64,000 bases of DNA from Dehalococcoidia bacterium (GTDB lineage: Bacteria > Chloroflexota > Dehalococcoidia > Bin125). Shown here in pieces: positions 59,208 to 64,000 of the stretch. A program made the translations under genes and the position numbers. Location of the stretch: positions 463,684-527,683 of the forward strand of contig OY760135.1 of NCBI GenBank assembly GCA_963663185.1. Direction: 5' to 3'. Position 1 is the first letter of the stretch. Every line of letters begins with the position of its first letter. The notes below the pieces were generated by a model. That model saw only the letters and a list, made by a program, of their open reading frames with translations, did not search any database and had not been told where the DNA came from.

Positions 59208-59873
59208 ATGGCGACCGGCGACCTCGTGGATCGATTCGCGGCGCTCTATCCGCGCCTCTACCACATGGCGGAGTCGGGGAGTTGGCCCAGCATCCGCGAG
59301 CGCGGGCTATTGGGCACGACTGCGCTGCTGGACCTGTTCGAGATCGACGCTTCGCAGCGGCGCGAGATTGAGTCGCAGTGGCGTCGGAGTACCGTTCCGA
59401 TCAGCCATCCGATTCAGGGGACCGCCCTGATCCGTGATCAATGGCCGATGCCGCCCAAACACCTGGCGGGCGGATTGGACGGCATGACGCCTCAACAGTG
59501 GTACGAGTTTCTCAATCGCAAGGCGTTCTTGTGGCTGTCGGAGAAGCGTCTGATGCGAATGCTCAATGCCGTCCCGTACCGCAACACTGCTCACGATGTC
59601 CTGACCCTGGACACTCGCTCGTTCGTCGCCGAGTACATCGAGCGGATTGAGGTCTGCGCGATCAACTCCGGCTTCGCCATGCCGATGTTCGGCAAGGTGA
59701 CGAAGCGATCCTTCGCGTCCTTCCAGACCATTGAGCGACGCGCGGCGACTGGACGCCTGAGCGGCCTTGCCGAATTGACAGTGGACTGCGGCGCGCCCGA
59801 TGCCTGGCGCTTCGTCATGTCCGTCGAGTCGTGGCGCGGGAAACAGCGTCTGTCCACGACCTGGCGGCAATAG
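59208..59873 (+). CDS. DarT-like (DUF4433) ADP-ribosyltransferase domain protein, no DarG partner adjacent
   Basis: N-terminal RLYHMAESGSWPSIRERGLLG aligns position-by-position with the DarT consensus YHFTHIDNLPSILEHGLLS (Y,H,P,S,I,E,G,L,L conserved). 222 aa, typical DarT size. ATG 59208 chosen. Confidence 0.5.
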   Translation: MATGDLVDRFAALYPRLYHMAESGSWPSIRERGLLGTTALLDLFEIDASQRREIESQWRRSTVPISHPIQGTALIRDQWPMPPKHLAGGLDGMTPQQWYEFLNRKAFLWLSEKRLMRMLNAVPYRNTAHDVLTLDTRSFVAEYIERIEVCAINSGFAMPMFGKVTKRSFASFQTIERRAATGRLSGLAELTVDCGAPDAWRFVMSVESWRGKQRLSTTWRQ

Positions 59874-59923
59874 ATGCGGAGATGCGGAGATGCGGCGAGC
59901 AACTGGCACTCAACCCGTGGCAC

Positions 59924-61540
59924 TCAAACCGAGTACTGCCGCTCCCCGTCGACGTAGGTTTGCTGGACAACGATCTCGTTGATGAACTGCGGCTCCACGA
60001 GCGATGGATCGTGGCTCAGCACGACCAGGTCGGCTCGTTTGCCCACCTCGATCGAGCCGACCTCGTGGTCGCGGAAGATCGCGGCGGCTGAGTTGATCGT
60101 GTACGTGCGCAGCGCCTCCTGCGCTGAGATCGCCTGCTCCGGGACGACGATGTCGCCATCGCGGCTCTTGCGTGAGACGATGGCGCCGATCCCCAGCAGC
60201 GGCTCAACTGGCGCGCAGGGGAAGTCCGAGCCCGAGGCGATGTGCGCGCCGGAATCGAGCAGGTCGCGATATGGCAACGGCGGGTTGTCGAAGCCGTTCT
60301 CGGCGAAATAGGTCTGGAAACCCGCGCCGACCGAGTAGAGGAAGGCCGGCTGGTGCGAGATCATCACGCCGAGCGATGCGGCCCGCTCCATTTGATCGGG
60401 CTGGCCGAGGAAGAAGTGCTCGATCCGATAGCGCGGATCGGCGCGCGGTACTTCGCGCTGAGCTCGCTCGAAGGTGTTGAGCGCCTGCTCAACGGCGCGA
60501 TTGCCCAAACAGTGAATCGCTACCTGTAGATCATGCTTGGCCGCATTGAGGACGAGCTGGTCAACCTCTTCCTGGCTGTAGTACGGCTCGCCGACATCCT
60601 CGAAGCCGCCGTCAGCGTGACACTTGCGCATCGCGAAGCTGGGGAAGACAGGATCCATGAAGACCTTGACGATCCTGCCGCGCAGGCGGTCCGAAACGTC
60701 GTCCTTGAGAAAGGCGCCGTTGGCGGCGTCCTCGGGCGCGGCGAAGAAGCCGTTGCCGCCGCGCATCTGATGAATCACGATCGGCAGCTTGCCGCGTTCA
60801 TCGGCGTAGCGATACATCTCAGCGCTCTCGGGCATGACCACAGCGTCGCCGAGGCTGGTGACCCCGTGCGAGAGATGACGCCGCGAGTTCTGCTCGACGA
60901 GGTCGGAAACGATGTCGGGGCCGAGCGCGTCGATATGGGCGCGCATGGAGGCGAAATGGACCGGATCGCTGGCCCGCTCCCAGAGCAGACCGTGGGCGTC
61001 GCCGTTGAGGTTGCGATGGATCACGCCACCGCGCGGATCAGGCGTGTCACGATCGATGCCGCCGATCGCCATCGCGGTCGAGTTGGCGTAGGAGGCGTGA
61101 TACGAGAAGTCCATCACGCAGACAGGATTGTCGGGGGCGGCGTCATCGAGTTCAGTTCGGGACAGCCAGCCGCCCTCATGGTTGCCGGTCGCGCTGGCGC
61201 TGTAGCCCAATCCCCAGATCCACTGACCGGCGGGAGCGCCCTGCGCAGCGGCGGCGATGGCATCAAGCACGGCCTGCCGACCGGCCAGCGGCGGTACCCG
61301 GCAGTCGACCGACACTGGTTCGAACGATGTCATCGAGAAGTGGTTGTGCGGGTCACAGAAGCCAGGGATGAGCGCGCGACCACGCAGATCGACGTGAGTC
61401 GCATCGGGAGCGACCGCACTGCGCGCCTGATCGCTGTCGCCAACGGCGATGATTCGTCCGTCGCGGATGGCAACTCCCGAAACGACGCGATCCAGCGCGT
61501 CCATCGTCAAGACGCGTCCGCCAGTGAACAGCAGCTCCAT
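59924..61540 (-). CDS. Amidohydrolase-3 family metal-dependent hydrolase
   Basis: 538 aa; LIPGFCDPHNHF metal-binding His motif and overall Amidohydro_3 layout. Confidence 0.75.
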   Translation of the reverse strand: MELLFTGGRVLTMDALDRVVSGVAIRDGRIIAVGDSDQARSAVAPDATHVDLRGRALIPGFCDPHNHFSMTSFEPVSVDCRVPPLAGRQAVLDAIAAAAQGAPAGQWIWGLGYSASATGNHEGGWLSRTELDDAAPDNPVCVMDFSYHASYANSTAMAIGGIDRDTPDPRGGVIHRNLNGDAHGLLWERASDPVHFASMRAHIDALGPDIVSDLVEQNSRRHLSHGVTSLGDAVVMPESAEMYRYADERGKLPIVIHQMRGGNGFFAAPEDAANGAFLKDDVSDRLRGRIVKVFMDPVFPSFAMRKCHADGGFEDVGEPYYSQEEVDQLVLNAAKHDLQVAIHCLGNRAVEQALNTFERAQREVPRADPRYRIEHFFLGQPDQMERAASLGVMISHQPAFLYSVGAGFQTYFAENGFDNPPLPYRDLLDSGAHIASGSDFPCAPVEPLLGIGAIVSRKSRDGDIVVPEQAISAQEALRTYTINSAAAIFRDHEVGSIEVGKRADLVVLSHDPSLVEPQFINEIVVQQTYVDGERQYSV

Positions 61541-61700
61541 TGCGGCCTCCTTCGCGACGCAAACTCAGCGTCGCATTTGAGGCTAGCGGCTGCGAGAGCG
61601 TCGAGCCGTCACGGAGCGAGTTCAGCGCTAACCAGGGCCCTGCCCCGAAGGGCTTAAGGAATCGATTGGAGAAGGGTTGGCCGAACGGGCGCGATGCGTG

Positions 61701-62408
61701 TCAGCTGCGGTGTTGGCGAATGACGGACACGACGCGGCCTTGAATCTCCATGTTGGATTCGTCCGTGTAGATCGGGTCCATGGTCGGATTCTCCGGCTGG
61801 AGACGCACGCGGCCATCCTCGTAGTAGACGCGCTTCAGCGTGGCCACTTCCTGATCGTGCAGCCAGACCGCAGCCATCTGACCGTTGTGAACGCGCGAGG
61901 CCGGCTCCATGATGACGATGTCGTCCTCAGTGATGTAGGCGTCGATCATCGAGTCGCCCTTGACGGTGAGCGCGAAGTGCTTCTGCGGATCGAGTCCGGG
62001 CACGATGTCGGTGCTGACCGAGATACGTTCCTCGGCATGGTTCGCCACGACGCCTTCGGGCACGAGTGAGCGGGTACCAGCGGCGATCGTGCCGAGCAGC
62101 GGCACGCCGAGCGGCGACCGCGTCAGGGAGATGGTGCGGGCCCGCTCGCGGTCGCGGTGGATGTGACCCTCGCGCTCGAGAATCTTCAGGTTGTAGTCGG
62201 CAACCGAGGTGGAGGACAGGCCACAGCCGTCAACGATGTCGCGAACGGACGGCGGATAATCGTTCTCGATGAAGTAATGTTGGAGAAATGCGAGGATACG
62301 CTCCGGCTTGTCCGAGCGGGGACCGCGTTTGCCCCGACGACGGCCCAGCGGCTGTTCTTCCTTGATTGGGTCACTGTTGGCGGTGGTGGTCATGCTGCGG
62401 GCCTCCAT
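61701..62408 (-). CDS. lexA: LexA repressor (S24 peptidase) with N-terminal extension
   Basis: wHTH DNA-binding region YPPSVRDIVDGCGLSSTSVADYNLKILEREGHI. S24 catalytic region VKGDSMIDAYI (Ser) and later K in VATLKRV. 235 aa. Confidence 0.85.
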   Translation of the reverse strand: MEARSMTTTANSDPIKEEQPLGRRRGKRGPRSDKPERILAFLQHYFIENDYPPSVRDIVDGCGLSSTSVADYNLKILEREGHIHRDRERARTISLTRSPLGVPLLGTIAAGTRSLVPEGVVANHAEERISVSTDIVPGLDPQKHFALTVKGDSMIDAYITEDDIVIMEPASRVHNGQMAAVWLHDQEVATLKRVYYEDGRVRLQPENPTMDPIYTDESNMEIQGRVVSVIRQHRS

Positions 62409-62655
62409 TCGATCTCGGTTGAGTGTTCCCGGTTTCGAAGTGTGCTATACCTGTTATCAAGAACAAGAACGTGATCGCACATTCGAAACAGGCTCCGTTC
62501 GCTACTTGCCACTAGCATAGCAGACTTCGCACAATTGCGCGGAACCGTAGTTCTGAGGGCGCTGCCGGGCGCGGTATAAGCTGATCGTGTCCAACTGCCC
62601 GCCGCTGCTCGGCGACTGATCGCGTGATCGCGCAATCCCCACTACTCGGAGAGTA

Positions 62656-63411
62656 TTGCTGATGAACTTGCCTCCCGAAACCGACCATCGCGTCGGACTG
62701 GTCATCGCCGCCCACCCTGACGATCCCGATTTCGGGGCCGGCGGCACTGCCGCACTGTGGACCACGCTCGGCTGGGAGATGCACTACCTCGTCGTCACCA
62801 ACGGCGCCAAAGGCACCGCTGATCCGGAGATGTCCTCAGCGCGACTCGTGCCGATGCGCGAACAGGAGCAGCGCAACGCGGCTGAGGAGCTCGGCGTGGT
62901 CAGTTGCACCTTCCTCGGCGCGGAGGACGGCGAGCTCGAGTACACGCGCGAGTATCTGGGCGGCATCGTCGAGGCGATCCGCCGGCTGCGTCCGCACGCG
63001 GTGTTCACGCACGCCACCGATTACATTCACCGCCGCGCGCTTGAGGCCGATCCGTCCGACCCGCTCTCGGAGTGGCGCGGATTCATCAATCACCGCGACC
63101 ATCGCTGCACCGGCGAGATGGCGCTCGACGCGGTCTACCCGACCGCGCGTGATCGGCTCAACTATCCGGAGCATCTGGCGGCCGGGCTGGAGTGCCACAA
63201 GGTGGCCGAACTCTTCATCTGGGGCAGCCAGGCGGCCAACTACCAGATCGACGTCACGGATGTGATTCAGACCAAGATTCGCGCCCTGACCCGTCACGTC
63301 TCGCAGTTCGGTGACCGCGGCGAGGACTTTATCGCCAATGTCGAGAAGCGCTGGTCCTCGGCCGATGGGCGCTTCTATGAGCACTTCGAGCGCGTCTCGC
63401 TGCCAATCTAG
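62656..63411 (+). CDS. PIG-L/LmbE-family N-acetylglucosaminyl deacetylase
   Basis: VIAAHPDDPDFGAGGTAALW signature of the LmbE-like superfamily; 251 aa. Confidence 0.8.
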   Translation: MLMNLPPETDHRVGLVIAAHPDDPDFGAGGTAALWTTLGWEMHYLVVTNGAKGTADPEMSSARLVPMREQEQRNAAEELGVVSCTFLGAEDGELEYTREYLGGIVEAIRRLRPHAVFTHATDYIHRRALEADPSDPLSEWRGFINHRDHRCTGEMALDAVYPTARDRLNYPEHLAAGLECHKVAELFIWGSQAANYQIDVTDVIQTKIRALTRHVSQFGDRGEDFIANVEKRWSSADGRFYEHFERVSLPI

Positions 63412-63421
63412 CGGCGGTCGC

Positions 63422-63895
63422 GTGGCGCCGCCGGCGAGGTTCTGTCCGCAATGCGGCGGCGCGCTGGGTCGCGCTGACGGCTGCGACGCCTGCGGTTGGA
63501 TACTGTTCCGCGATCCCAAGCTGTCCGCTGTGGTCCTGGTCAACGACGCGGCGGGGCGCTTGCTGTATGTGCGCCGCAATCATGAACCGGCCATGTTCAA
63601 ATGGGCCTGGCCGTCCGGCTTCGTCGATGCGGGAGAGCGGGTCGAGGACGCGGCCGCGCGCGAGGTGCGGGAAGAGACGGGCATCGAGATCCGGCTGGAG
63701 CGACTGTTGGGCGTCTGGTCGCAGACTGGCGAGGACGTGGTTGTGATCGGCTACGCGGCGACGCTCGCGGGCGGAACGCTCAAGCCCGGCGTCGAGGCGC
63801 TGGCGGCGGGATGGTTTCCAATGGGACGGCTGCCGCGACCCGTCTTTCCGCACGATGACGCGATCCTGCGATCATTCATCGCTCCAGAGCGGTAG
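63422..63895 (+). CDS. NUDIX hydrolase with N-terminal zinc ribbon
   Basis: CPQCGG...CDACG zinc ribbon, then Nudix box GFVDAGERVEDAAAREVREETGI. GTG start at 63422 proposed, because the ORF-track start overlaps the preceding gene. Confidence 0.7.
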   Translation: MAPPARFCPQCGGALGRADGCDACGWILFRDPKLSAVVLVNDAAGRLLYVRRNHEPAMFKWAWPSGFVDAGERVEDAAAREVREETGIEIRLERLLGVWSQTGEDVVVIGYAATLAGGTLKPGVEALAAGWFPMGRLPRPVFPHDDAILRSFIAPER

Positions 63896-64000
63896 CCGGG
63901 CGCGGCAGTGGTCGCAGATCAGCTGCGCCTCCGCCTGCAGCTCGCCGCCGCGATTGACGGTCAGGATGACCTGTCTCAGGTGTTGGAAGCAGAAACGGCA

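Overview
High-GC (about 65-70%) bacterial chromosomal segment, plausibly from a Chloroflexi/Thermomicrobia-like or actinobacterial genome. That placement is an inference from GC content, the gcvT-gcvH-gcvPA-gcvPB gene order and the lipoprotein signals. The left third is a defence island. It starts with a nested IS5-family insertion whose debris is fused to the 5' end of a type I-G/I-U (Dpsyc-like) CRISPR-Cas operon, read as csb1/cas7u - csb2/cas5-6 - cas3 (helicase-HD) - small Csb3-like ORF - cas4 - cas1 - cas2, followed by an 11-repeat CRISPR array at 10026-10794. It continues with a truncated N6-adenine MTase remnant, an LRR lipoprotein and a 972-aa gamma-class N6-adenine MTase. The middle (about 16.9-31.7 kb) is a surface-protein cluster: a decayed PPC-domain repeat gene and three giant Calx-beta/Ig-like secreted proteins. 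These carry near-identical intragenic 300-bp repeats, dispersed GC-rich hairpin (REP-like) elements and several long homopolymeric G/C tracts. One of these, a C10/G10 tract, sits inside the signal-peptide region of the third adhesin and currently leaves that gene out of frame, a classic slipped-strand phase-variation configuration. The right half is mostly housekeeping and metabolism: crotonase, SDR, Hyi, MDR, epimerase, PhyH, a Fe-siderophore ABC permease and binding protein, the glycine cleavage operon, amidohydrolases, CoA-transferase, lexA, a PIG-L deacetylase and a NUDIX hydrolase. Within it are an IS110 insertion that splits a TolB-like beta-propeller lipoprotein gene, a stand-alone roughly 1500-aa GHKL-ATPase/SF2-helicase fusion protein (candidate novel single-gene defence or repair factor) and an orphan DarT-like (DUF4433) ADP-ribosyltransferase with no DarG partner. 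All calls are from reading ORF translations and motifs by eye; no database searches were run.
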